Shown here: positions 1-9,192 of the stretch, one piece after another
How the letters are laid out: each line of letters begins with the position of its first letter
How positions within the stretch are numbered: the first letter of the stretch is position 1
From: a virus
Length of the DNA: 64,000 bases
Direction: 5' to 3' (one strand)
Virus record (IMG/VR): IMGVR_UViG_3300019754_000001
Coordinates: 29,905 to 93,904 of that record
Position numbers and translations under genes: made by a program
The notes under the pieces: model-generated
Database searches by the model: none
The model's input: only the letters and a program-made list of their open reading frames with translations
Told to the model about the DNA's origin: nothing

Positions 1-1
1 C

Positions 2-223
2 GTCGAAGTAGTATCAGATTCAGGTATGGTAATAGATTATGTAAATCCTCCAGAACTGAATTTAGAATACCCTTATATAACAATAGGGAGTAGTCATTCT
101 ATTAGACCTGTAATGGAACCTTTAGTAATGCGATTAAAAAAGAATACTCCAATATACTGCATGGATAATAATACAAGTATAAAGACAGTTGGAGAATACA
201 TTAAAAGCATAAACGAATATTAA
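2..223 (+). CDS. hypothetical protein, possibly 5'-truncated by the window edge
   Basis: Frame is open from position 2 through the ATG at 26 to TAA at 223. Confidence 0.6.
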   Translation, partial: VEVVSDSGMVIDYVNPPELNLEYPYITIGSSHSIRPVMEPLVMRLKKNTPIYCMDNNTSIKTVGEYIKSINEY

Positions 224-230
224 ATAAAAC

Positions 231-425
231 ATGGCAAAGAAAGTAACAACAATAGAAGAAGTATATTCAGACATACTGGATAATAATATCCGAACTAACT
301 TAGTAGACAGCCCAATATGGAAAAATTGTTTACATAAAGATGATATGGGGGCTAAAGATAAGAAATACAAATACCGTATCAAATTTGAAGGTACCTTACC
401 AATACAACTTTTAAATATAAAGTAA
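231..425 (+). CDS. hypothetical protein (64 aa)
   Basis: ORF in a tightly packed + operon; TAATG coupling to the next gene. Confidence 0.7.
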   Translation: MAKKVTTIEEVYSDILDNNIRTNLVDSPIWKNCLHKDDMGAKDKKYKYRIKFEGTLPIQLLNIK

Positions 426-682
426 TGGATTTAAAAGATAAGATAGCAGTATTTAAAGGAGAGTTAGCAGACCTTGAATGGAAACAGGACAGATGGGGTA
501 ACTTTAAAAAGAAAGTTATTCGGAATGGAAAGGAAGTAGAATGCAGAGTTAAGTTTAAAAGTACGTCCGTACGAGTAGAGCAGAAAACCAGTAATGGAGA
601 TTGGGCTAACTTGTCAAGAGTCGCTCTCTACATATCTAAACAGTCTAGCATGGAAGGAATGCTAAAAAACTTTAATTTGTAA
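425..682 (+). CDS. hypothetical protein (85 aa)
   Basis: TAATG overlaps at both ends. Confidence 0.75.
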   Translation: MDLKDKIAVFKGELADLEWKQDRWGNFKKKVIRNGKEVECRVKFKSTSVRVEQKTSNGDWANLSRVALYISKQSSMEGMLKNFNL

Positions 683-1575
683 TGAAATACTTTATAGATA
701 CAGAGTTCCACGAATACGGTAAACAACCTAAAGTATTAGGGTTAAAAGTAGGTAAACCTATTGATACTATAGATTTAATTAGTATTGGTATAGTTAGTGA
801 GGAAATAGGAGAACCTCTAGCCTCCATGACTGACGAAAGAAGAAATAATTTAATTAAATCTGGAAAAGGGATTAAACATCAAAATAGTAGAGAATACTAT
901 GCTATATGTAAAGAGTTTGATTTAAAAGCTGCTTGGGATAATGAGTGGTTGAAGGAGAATGTATTGAAGTCTATACATGAGGAACTTGTAAATATGAATA
1001 TACAAGATGCTAAGAGAGCTACAAGATTTATGGTTGGAGGTGTACTTCTATCAGAACAGTTTACATACAGGAAGTTTAAAAGACTTATAAACAAATATGG
1101 TAAAACTAAAAAGCAGATAGCTGAGGAGGTTAAGAAGTTCGTTTTACTAAAAGAAATTGGAGAGGATGGAAGATGTAAATGCACTTGTGCAGATACATGT
1201 CTAAACGGCAAAGCTGGCTCTGCTGATAGATGTACTACGCAAGAATTACATAAATATCTACCTGAGTTTTATGCCTACTATGCAGATTATGATTGGGTAG
1301 TATTCTGTTGGCTATTTGGAAGAATGATTGATTTGCCTAAGGGTTTTCCTATGTACTGTAACGATTTAAAGCAGGACTTGGATGCTTATGTGAATGACAA
1401 ATGGCTTCCTGGCAGTATATCTTATATGAAAGGTGTGAATGATAATGTAACTTTTGATTTAGCTTTAGAGAAATTAAAAGGATTGCCTGAATACCCTAAA
1501 CAAGAGAATGAACATAATGCTCTAGCTGATGCTAAGTGGAATAAGGAATTGTACAGTTTTATAAATTCATTATAA
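682..1575 (+). CDS. DEDDh 3'-5' exonuclease (Rv2179c-like)
   Basis: Motifs YFIDTEF, LISIGIV, YYADYDWVVFCWLFG, HNALADAKW. Confidence 0.85.
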   Translation: MKYFIDTEFHEYGKQPKVLGLKVGKPIDTIDLISIGIVSEEIGEPLASMTDERRNNLIKSGKGIKHQNSREYYAICKEFDLKAAWDNEWLKENVLKSIHEELVNMNIQDAKRATRFMVGGVLLSEQFTYRKFKRLINKYGKTKKQIAEEVKKFVLLKEIGEDGRCKCTCADTCLNGKAGSADRCTTQELHKYLPEFYAYYADYDWVVFCWLFGRMIDLPKGFPMYCNDLKQDLDAYVNDKWLPGSISYMKGVNDNVTFDLALEKLKGLPEYPKQENEHNALADAKWNKELYSFINSL

Positions 1576-1787
1576 TGAATAGAAGACAGAAAAATAAGCA
1601 ACGTAAAAAGTCTATATTAATTTATGATATGGCAGCTGCTCCTGTAAATGCATCTCTAGAAGATATATCACTACTATATAGTAAATTTGGATTAGTAGTA
1701 TACGATAGCTTTAGAGGTAATAAGCCTGAAATAGTTCCTAGAAGAAATACAAATCTATTTAAATTTAAAGATAAAGACAAAATATGA
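1575..1787 (+). CDS. hypothetical basic protein (70 aa)
   Basis: Coupled to both neighbours (TAATG, ATGA). Confidence 0.7.
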   Translation: MNRRQKNKQRKKSILIYDMAAAPVNASLEDISLLYSKFGLVVYDSFRGNKPEIVPRRNTNLFKFKDKDKI

Positions 1788-2719
1788 AAATAATATGTAT
1801 ATATCACTCTCGAGATCTGGATGGGTGGATGAGTGCTGCAATAGTTAAACATTGGTTTGAAGAAACTGTTAATAGAAAAGGTGAAGAAGATATTCCTGTA
1901 GATAGTTTAGATTTTATAGGTTACGACTATGGTCAACCTATTCCTGATTTAAATGAATACGATAAAGTAATAATGTGTGATGTTAGTTTTCCACCAGATA
2001 AAATGGAAGAAGTATATGATTCAAGTGAATTCATATGGATAGACCACCATAAATCAGCTATAGAAGCCAGTAAATGGATTAATAATACTGTAGACGGATT
2101 AAGAGATACTAATTATGCAGCCTGTGAATTAACATGGAAATATTTCTTTCCTGATGAAGAGATACCTGAAATAGTTAGACTACTTGGTAGATATGATTGC
2201 TTTGGACATAAAGGTACGGACGAAGAACAGAAAGTATTAGAGTTTCAATATGGTGCAAGACACTATATGAATAATTATAATGATTGTTATACCTGGCTTA
2301 CGGGAAATGGTACTGAAGAATCTTTGGTGAATGCTATATTGGATTATGGCATTCCTATTTATCAATACCTTTGTACAGAAGCTAAACAGATTTATAGCAA
2401 AGCTTTTGAGATTTTATTAGTAGAAAACAAAGAAGATGTTACTGTAGGAGAACAAGTGAAAAAGTTCCTTTGTGTAAACCAAGAAAGATTTAATCCTATA
2501 AACTTTGGTATAGATTACCATAAAGAAGGATATGATGGATTTGCTTGTTTCTGGTTAAAAGATGGAAAGTGGATGTGGTCATTATATAATGACAATGGGC
2601 AAGTAGACTGTTCACTAATAGCTAAACAGTATGGAGGCGGCGGTCATAAAGGAGCTGCTGGTTTTGTATGTGACCGCAATACAATGTTAAATATAATTAA
2701 ACGAATAAGTAAAATATAA
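1784..2719 (+). CDS. DHH/DHHA1 family phosphoesterase
   Basis: YHSRDLDG, MCD, WIDHH and C-terminal GGGGHKGAAGF motifs. Confidence 0.9.
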   Translation: MKIICIYHSRDLDGWMSAAIVKHWFEETVNRKGEEDIPVDSLDFIGYDYGQPIPDLNEYDKVIMCDVSFPPDKMEEVYDSSEFIWIDHHKSAIEASKWINNTVDGLRDTNYAACELTWKYFFPDEEIPEIVRLLGRYDCFGHKGTDEEQKVLEFQYGARHYMNNYNDCYTWLTGNGTEESLVNAILDYGIPIYQYLCTEAKQIYSKAFEILLVENKEDVTVGEQVKKFLCVNQERFNPINFGIDYHKEGYDGFACFWLKDGKWMWSLYNDNGQVDCSLIAKQYGGGGHKGAAGFVCDRNTMLNIIKRISKI

Positions 2720-2725
2720 GAATTA

Positions 2726-2908
2726 ATGGAAGACAAAGAATATAATTATAGATTAATATTTATAGATGGACATAGATTTGATACAAAAAGCAATAAAAGT
2801 TTAAAAGAATTTACAGAATATTTATTAGAGCTTAAAATAATATTTACTAATGATGCCTCTTTCATGGTAGCTCATCTAGTAGTAATACAAGACATTACAA
2901 ATAAATAA
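2726..2908 (+). CDS. hypothetical protein (60 aa)
   Basis: ORF in operon with AT-rich initiation region. Confidence 0.65.
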   Translation: MEDKEYNYRLIFIDGHRFDTKSNKSLKEFTEYLLELKIIFTNDASFMVAHLVVIQDITNK

Positions 2909-2924
2909 TTAAATATTATAGGAA

Positions 2925-3725
2925 ATGAATAAAAGTTTCACAGTTTTAGGAAACGCACATCTAATAAAGCAGTTCTTAGAAGATATAAGAATAAAAGGAT
3001 ATGAATTTAAAGGAAATGAATTTATATTACAAATATTCTTAAAGTACTTTGAAGTAGCAGCAGAGGCAGATAAATCACACTATGACCTAGATACTCAATA
3101 TAAGGATGCTTTAGACCATTACAAACAATTAGAATTAGATGATATAGCTGATAAGGGAGCAAATAGTGTACTAAATGACCTTATGTATAAAGCCTTCACA
3201 CATACTTACCAGTACGAAAAGCAGCAAGAAGAGAAAGAGAAAGTAGAAAGAGCGTATAGGGAAAAAGTAGAAAGGATGGCAGAAGGATTTTGGGAAAAGG
3301 GTGGCATACGCATAATTCATATAAACCGTGTGGATTACCTCCAACCTCCCCCCGGATTTAAGTTAAGTAGTTCAGATGTAATAGGTGTAATAGACCATAA
3401 TAGAAAAGAATCTGCAAAAGAGTATGGATTTAAATTAACAAATCCAAATACAGAAGAAATGCTAGAAAAATTAGCAAGTTTTTATACACCCAAAGAAGAT
3501 AGTTTAAATATGGGCTTTCTTACCTACGTTACAAACGATAAAGAAAAAATACATAGTATAGACACTGAAGTATTTGCAGTAAGAGGTACAGGTATTCAGA
3601 AGATGACTTTACTTGAAGCTCTCCAAATGCAAGATGTTATTATTTTTGCTAGAGAAGAGAACGCTAACAAGTGTGCATACGATAGGCACGTTGAAAGATT
3701 AAAGAAAGTATATAAACAGAAATAG
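2925..3725 (+). CDS. hypothetical protein (266 aa)
   Basis: Long ORF in operon; no motif recognised. Confidence 0.75.
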   Translation: MNKSFTVLGNAHLIKQFLEDIRIKGYEFKGNEFILQIFLKYFEVAAEADKSHYDLDTQYKDALDHYKQLELDDIADKGANSVLNDLMYKAFTHTYQYEKQQEEKEKVERAYREKVERMAEGFWEKGGIRIIHINRVDYLQPPPGFKLSSSDVIGVIDHNRKESAKEYGFKLTNPNTEEMLEKLASFYTPKEDSLNMGFLTYVTNDKEKIHSIDTEVFAVRGTGIQKMTLLEALQMQDVIIFAREENANKCAYDRHVERLKKVYKQK

Positions 3726-3726
3726 T

Positions 3727-4032
3727 ATGAAAGATAAATTAAAATTTAAATTAGATTCAGAAGAACTTCGCAATATAGTATATGAAAATTACTGCATAGA
3801 TACTAACGGAAATGAATGGGAATTTGAAACTATAGAGAATATTCATGAGGGAGAAGGAAGACATGAAACATTCTGGAGTAGGGTAGTTAAAAGAAATGAC
3901 GGGATTTTCTTTAAGATTAAGTGGGCTAGCTCTATAAAAGATAATATGGATTGGGAAGTATGTAACCCCCTAAAAGAGTACACTGTTGAAGAGGTAATTG
4001 CAACAGATGTAACAATTACAAAGTATTTATAA
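3727..4032 (+). CDS. hypothetical protein (101 aa)
   Basis: Starts 1 nt after the previous stop. Confidence 0.75.
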   Translation: MKDKLKFKLDSEELRNIVYENYCIDTNGNEWEFETIENIHEGEGRHETFWSRVVKRNDGIFFKIKWASSIKDNMDWEVCNPLKEYTVEEVIATDVTITKYL

Positions 4033-4092
4033 CTATAATTATATTCAATAGATAGCATAGACAAATTAAATTCTTACTTAAATAATATTAAT

Positions 4093-4395
4093 ATGAGAGA
4101 ATTTAAAACAAGCCCATATGGAGATATAGTAGATTTAGATGATAAAGAAACATTTAAGCACTTACCAAATACCATTAAATCACTGGGAAAGCTAATGCTT
4201 AGTGAAATAGGATATGCTATTTGCTATATGGATTATTGGCATAAAGATGTATTTAAAATAGATGACCCACAGAGAAAAAGAGTAAACAAGCTAATTAAAG
4301 ACTTCACAGAGAACGAAATAAATAACTATAAGAACGTTAAGTGGTATAGAGAGCAGGTATTCTTATTTCAGGATGAGATAGAAAATATGTGTTAA
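4093..4395 (+). CDS. hypothetical protein (100 aa)
   Basis: Last + gene before the convergent terminator. Confidence 0.75.
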   Translation: MREFKTSPYGDIVDLDDKETFKHLPNTIKSLGKLMLSEIGYAICYMDYWHKDVFKIDDPQRKRVNKLIKDFTENEINNYKNVKWYREQVFLFQDEIENMC

Positions 4396-4409
4396 AGATT
4401 AGCACAAAC

Positions 4410-4457
4410 AAAAAAAGGGGAACCCTACCATTACGGTAGAGTTCCCCTATTTTTTTT
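4410..4457. terminator. bidirectional intrinsic terminator between convergent modules
   Basis: A-run, aggggaac-c-ctacc / attac / ggtag-a-gttcccct stem (4416-4448), T-run. Confidence 0.9.
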
Positions 4458-7400
4458 ACAACCACCTCTGGAACATAGCCAATCCAGGGATTGCTCTAAA
4501 AGTTCCTTTAATGAGGTAAGTTTCATCATGTCTAGCATCATCGCTAGTTGCGTATTTAGTAACCACGCTAGGAATATTGACTACATTGTCAATTGTTCTT
4601 AGAAGTGGGGATGGATTCTTAAACATATCCATAAGAGCTTTAGGGTTCATATAGAGTGATACATCATCTTGCAACCTAGATACTGTCTTATATGCTAATC
4701 TGTAACCTTCAGCCTTCTCATCTTCATCATCAAATGCTAAATTAGCTATCAACATAGCAGCACTCATCATAAGAAACCATTGAATCTCCTTCAAGTTTCT
4801 TCTCATGTTGTCTAAATCTGTTTGCATCTCTTTATTATCTGCATTAAACTCTTCTCCAACTGCTAAGTTCTTTAATAGTATTGATTTCATTATCTTAACA
4901 CTATTGGCAAAGCCTAAGTCTTTATAGGTTCTATATCTACCCTTCACAGGGTCTCCCATCTGGTCATCTTCTTTATAAGTTTCTATTCTAGTTGCAATAC
5001 CCTCAGCTATCCAAGATTTAAGAGCTAATGTAGCCCTCCCTATTAAATACTTCTTAGCTTGCATAGGGGAGGAGGGGTCATAGTTACCATGAACCCTCTT
5101 AATTAGCTGTATTAGATTGTTTCTCTTCTTTGTAAAGCTATTTGACTTAGTAGCATCATACATAGTATCCCATTGCTCACTGTCTAAAACTTCTTCTGAC
5201 ATGTTAGCGTGGTTATCATAAGACTCCCACAAGCTAACTTCTGTGCCGTCTACAGTTTGAACTTTAGTGTGCATTAGATTAGCAACCAACACAGCAGCTT
5301 GATTTAAATATTCAGCCCTTTTAGTAAGTTCCATTGGGGCAGCCAAGCCAAGTTTCTTATTATGCTCTTTAATCTTAGAACTCCCAGAGGCATCCTCCAA
5401 CAAGTCAAACATAATACCATATTTTGCCATAAGACTTCTAACTTTAGTAGAAACATCATCAACACGTCCTGTAGCAGATCTCTTCATTGAGTGCTTTAAT
5501 ACACCCATAGCTCTATTAAGTTCCTGCTTAGTGAAATACCTACCAGAAGCAGCTTCTACACTATTTGATATATACCCATATAAAGTATTTGTAAGTGCTG
5601 AGGAAGCATTCCAACCCAAAGATGTAAAAAAAGTTAACTTTAAAGCTTTATCGAATGCCTTGACGGGTGATACAAATCCAGTATCTTGTACCGCATCTTT
5701 CCTTGCCTGTATACTTAATTTTCTTTCTTCATAATCTTCTTTTTCTACTCTGCCGTGCATCATATCTAGCTCTAATTCATTCTTTTCTTTTTTTAATGCT
5801 TTTAATGTTTTTCTTGCCTCTTTTGTTAATCCTACCTTGGTTGATAAAATTCCACCCTTATTATGGCCTTTATTGTATAATATATTATCTATTTCATACT
5901 CTAACTGCCTAACAACATTAAGTTTTTCTCCCTTACCTATCTTATTTCTTATAATGCTATTGGATTTTGATTTTTCTATTTCTATTGATTTTTCTACCAT
6001 CTCCTTTCCTATTGTTAATATATCTTCTACTGCTGATTTTCTTTTATAGTTAATTGCTGAAAAGGAAAACATTTTAAATGCTTTTATAACATCAGAAGAC
6101 TTGCTATTAAATTCTCTATCGTAGTCACTTTTTATACTATCTCTAGTTCCTTTAACTACATCTAAAATATCTTTTTGTATTTTTATTGATGCTTCCGTAG
6201 CCCCTTTACTAGTAATGTGGCCATTAAATACAGACTCTTGTCTTATATAGTCTTTTTCAGCCTTACTTAATGCAACTCTTAATTTTCCTACAGTATCCTT
6301 AGTAAACTTAATAGGAACTGATTTTATAGGCTTACCGTTACTATCTCTCAACTGAGAATCTAAATCATCCTGCTCCTCTGAAAGGCCCCCATAGACTCTA
6401 TCTAATAGAGACTTTCCTGTAATTACACCTGCTATACCCTCATCTCTAACTTTTTCAAGTATGTCTTTATTTACCTGAGGTAAGTGATTATGTTGTAAAG
6501 CGTATGCAACGTGGGGTGGAAAGTAATCCTTAAGGTTGTTAATATTCTCTGTTATAAAATTATAAAGCTTTCCGTATGTTTCTGGATTGTTTTGTATAAA
6601 TTCATAATCTTTATCATACCATTCACTCTTTTGTCCATTTACCTCACTTTTTGGTGCATAGGATAGAAATCTTGTAACACTGGTAAAGTTAGTAGTTTCT
6701 ACATTATTACTAGTTAACTCTTCATATAACTGCATTGGGTTATTATAAGATTCCCACTCAGCTATCTTACCCTTGTATTCTGCTATTGTTTTAAATCCTA
6801 CCCTCCCCGCATCGTGGTATCTCTGAAAGGTTTCAACAACTGCCACTTTAGATTTATTATAAGATGTAATCTTCTTTTCCATAGATGATACCAATCTCTC
6901 TCCTACAACTTCACCTAATAGGTCTTTTATCTTAGCAATCTCTTCATTTCTAGCGTCCTCATTATCATTACCAAAAAGGATATTATAGTTAGGTAAATAA
7001 ATATTATCCATAAAGTCTTGATAAGCTTTCTTTTTTTGATTCTTCTTTCTAGCATCCTTAACCCTATTAAGTTGACCTAACTCTACTCTTTGTTTAGATT
7101 TCCAATCATAGTAGCTTTGTGAAAAAACATCTACAAGATTTTTAGTTATATTACCATCAGCATCTTTCTGTAACACCCTCTCGTTAAAATCTTTTCCATT
7201 CTTATCGAATCCAGTCTCCTCTAATATCTTAGTCAATTGAATACCAATAGTTTCCTCAAATTCAGCCATAATGTTTCTATTAGTGTCTTTAAGGACTCCT
7301 GATAGATAAGATACTAATTTATTATCTACCCTAGAACTATCCATTACAGCAGACCAAAGTAGCCCTACATCTTTAATTTCTGTTAAATCTTTTAATGGTA

Positions 7401-9057
7401 TGGGGTCTCCATTCTTATCTTTAGCCAAGTCACTTATAACAGTTCTAGTTAAATTGAGAAGTGTATTATCTAATTCATTTAGCTTAGCTTCAATTCGTTC
7501 CGCTTCGTCAGTTCGGGGAGAATCTTCAAGCCTATAAATAGGTTTACCTGAAGACTTGTTAATACCCTTGACTTCTAAAACTTGACTGACCATGGAGCGG
7601 AGGGCAGATATCTCCTCACTAGCTTGTTTAACATCTGTTACAGTTACTCTTTTGTTACTCGTTAATACACCCTCTATATTAGATATACTTTTTTCTGCAA
7701 TATCTATTACATTTTTAACTAAGGCGCTCTTTTTTAATTTCTCTATATTTTCTTTTATCTCTTCTATTCTAACCATTACGGATTCCTTAGTCTCCGGATT
7801 CTTACTTATTGAATTATAAAGACTGTTCTTTCTAACTTTTAATTCATTTATAGCTTTAGTTAGAATGGCATCAGAAATCGGGTCTATATTACCATCAGTG
7901 TCTTCTCCCCCAAAGTAGCTTGACTCAAATACATCAGTAGATACATGGTCGTCAAAGAACATTATATCATCATCTATTAATTCTTCATTCTCTATTAAAG
8001 ACCCTTCATAGTCTTCAACTGTATCAAAGGCCGCATTAACATTATCATTAAGACCATTAAAAAAGTCATCGTCATCAATATCGTCTTGAGACCTATTATT
8101 AGTCTGTCTATATCTAGCCTCCCCTTCCAATATCTTTCTAAGCCTTGCATTGTTGTTTTCTAGCTTATTTGTGTATAAGTAATCACTAGTTGTATTTAAT
8201 ATTGCATGCAGTGCTGACCCTTTATTTACACTGATATTTAACAGTCCACTAATATAGTCTAATATACCTTCCCACACTGACTTCTTAGAGTTGAATTTAA
8301 TACCATTTAAAAAATCTCTAAATACACCTTCAGTTAAGGCATAAGATAAAAACTCATCAACACTTTCAATTACTACTGTATCAAGTCCATAACTTTCCAT
8401 TAAGTTCCGGTCTTCCAGTAGTCCTTTTACATGTTCGTATACCTCATCTATTCTTTCTTTAAATATCTGCTCTTCCTCAGTTTTAGGGTTTAGTAATGCC
8501 GCCACTGTAATAACATGTAGCATCTCATGAGTGGCTGTTAATCTAAACTCTTCCTTACTCACTGTCTTATCTAAAAATAATCTTATCTTGTCGTTTTCTA
8601 TCACTTCTATAAAACCTGCTGTGCCTTCAGCTCTATCTTCATCTGTGAGTAAAGTAGTATCGTTTGTGTATTCTAAAACTGTTCCAGATTCTTCGACTTT
8701 AGATACTAGCTTATCGAAGAGGGGGTAGTTTGGGTCTTCTGAATCTACTTCTCCATAGTCTTCAGTTAGGTTACTTAAGGTGAGGGGCTCTTTACCAATT
8801 ATTTCGTTTACTATTCTATCGACACCTGCTATTGATTCTATTAGTATTTCTTTATCTAGTGGTATATCCACTCCATCAAACGTATCCCAAACCTTATAAG
8901 CCATATCCATAGCTACCTTATCATTACCTTCTCTTAGGGCTCTTTCTCCCTCATTTCTAAATTCACTATTAGTTAGCGGTTTACCATCAAATAGTGTTAC
9001 AATTTCGTTGAACTCAAAGCGAGCTTCACCGTCATTTATATTTGGACATTTTGCCAT
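4456..9057 (-). CDS. large virion cargo/ejection protein with N-terminal zincin-like metallopeptidase domain
   Basis: 1533 aa; HEMLH at 8515-8529 plus downstream EF motif; position after the vRNAP gene as in crAss-like phages. Confidence 0.75.
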   Translation of the reverse strand: MAKCPNINDGEARFEFNEIVTLFDGKPLTNSEFRNEGERALREGNDKVAMDMAYKVWDTFDGVDIPLDKEILIESIAGVDRIVNEIIGKEPLTLSNLTEDYGEVDSEDPNYPLFDKLVSKVEESGTVLEYTNDTTLLTDEDRAEGTAGFIEVIENDKIRLFLDKTVSKEEFRLTATHEMLHVITVAALLNPKTEEEQIFKERIDEVYEHVKGLLEDRNLMESYGLDTVVIESVDEFLSYALTEGVFRDFLNGIKFNSKKSVWEGILDYISGLLNISVNKGSALHAILNTTSDYLYTNKLENNNARLRKILEGEARYRQTNNRSQDDIDDDDFFNGLNDNVNAAFDTVEDYEGSLIENEELIDDDIMFFDDHVSTDVFESSYFGGEDTDGNIDPISDAILTKAINELKVRKNSLYNSISKNPETKESVMVRIEEIKENIEKLKKSALVKNVIDIAEKSISNIEGVLTSNKRVTVTDVKQASEEISALRSMVSQVLEVKGINKSSGKPIYRLEDSPRTDEAERIEAKLNELDNTLLNLTRTVISDLAKDKNGDPIPLKDLTEIKDVGLLWSAVMDSSRVDNKLVSYLSGVLKDTNRNIMAEFEETIGIQLTKILEETGFDKNGKDFNERVLQKDADGNITKNLVDVFSQSYYDWKSKQRVELGQLNRVKDARKKNQKKKAYQDFMDNIYLPNYNILFGNDNEDARNEEIAKIKDLLGEVVGERLVSSMEKKITSYNKSKVAVVETFQRYHDAGRVGFKTIAEYKGKIAEWESYNNPMQLYEELTSNNVETTNFTSVTRFLSYAPKSEVNGQKSEWYDKDYEFIQNNPETYGKLYNFITENINNLKDYFPPHVAYALQHNHLPQVNKDILEKVRDEGIAGVITGKSLLDRVYGGLSEEQDDLDSQLRDSNGKPIKSVPIKFTKDTVGKLRVALSKAEKDYIRQESVFNGHITSKGATEASIKIQKDILDVVKGTRDSIKSDYDREFNSKSSDVIKAFKMFSFSAINYKRKSAVEDILTIGKEMVEKSIEIEKSKSNSIIRNKIGKGEKLNVVRQLEYEIDNILYNKGHNKGGILSTKVGLTKEARKTLKALKKEKNELELDMMHGRVEKEDYEERKLSIQARKDAVQDTGFVSPVKAFDKALKLTFFTSLGWNASSALTNTLYGYISNSVEAASGRYFTKQELNRAMGVLKHSMKRSATGRVDDVSTKVRSLMAKYGIMFDLLEDASGSSKIKEHNKKLGLAAPMELTKRAEYLNQAAVLVANLMHTKVQTVDGTEVSLWESYDNHANMSEEVLDSEQWDTMYDATKSNSFTKKRNNLIQLIKRVHGNYDPSSPMQAKKYLIGRATLALKSWIAEGIATRIETYKEDDQMGDPVKGRYRTYKDLGFANSVKIMKSILLKNLAVGEEFNADNKEMQTDLDNMRRNLKEIQWFLMMSAAMLIANLAFDDEDEKAEGYRLAYKTVSRLQDDVSLYMNPKALMDMFKNPSPLLRTIDNVVNIPSVVTKYATSDDARHDETYLIKGTFRAIPGLAMFQRWL

Positions 9058-9135
9058 TTGTATATAGTATTAAAATATTTTATTATTAGCCATAGAAGAA
9101 GACAATATTTCTACTATTGTAGTAATCCCGGCGGA

Positions 9136-9192
9136 ATTAGTGTTGTACAGGCTACCAACCCATAGGAAAGGCAACCTGTACACTTAACTAAT
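9136..9192 (-). promoter_or_regulatory. RNA stem-loop directly after the vRNAP stop codon
   Basis: Minus strand tgtacaggttgcc / ggtagcctgtaca, 13 bp with two G-U pairs valid only on the minus strand; no U-tract. Confidence 0.6.
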
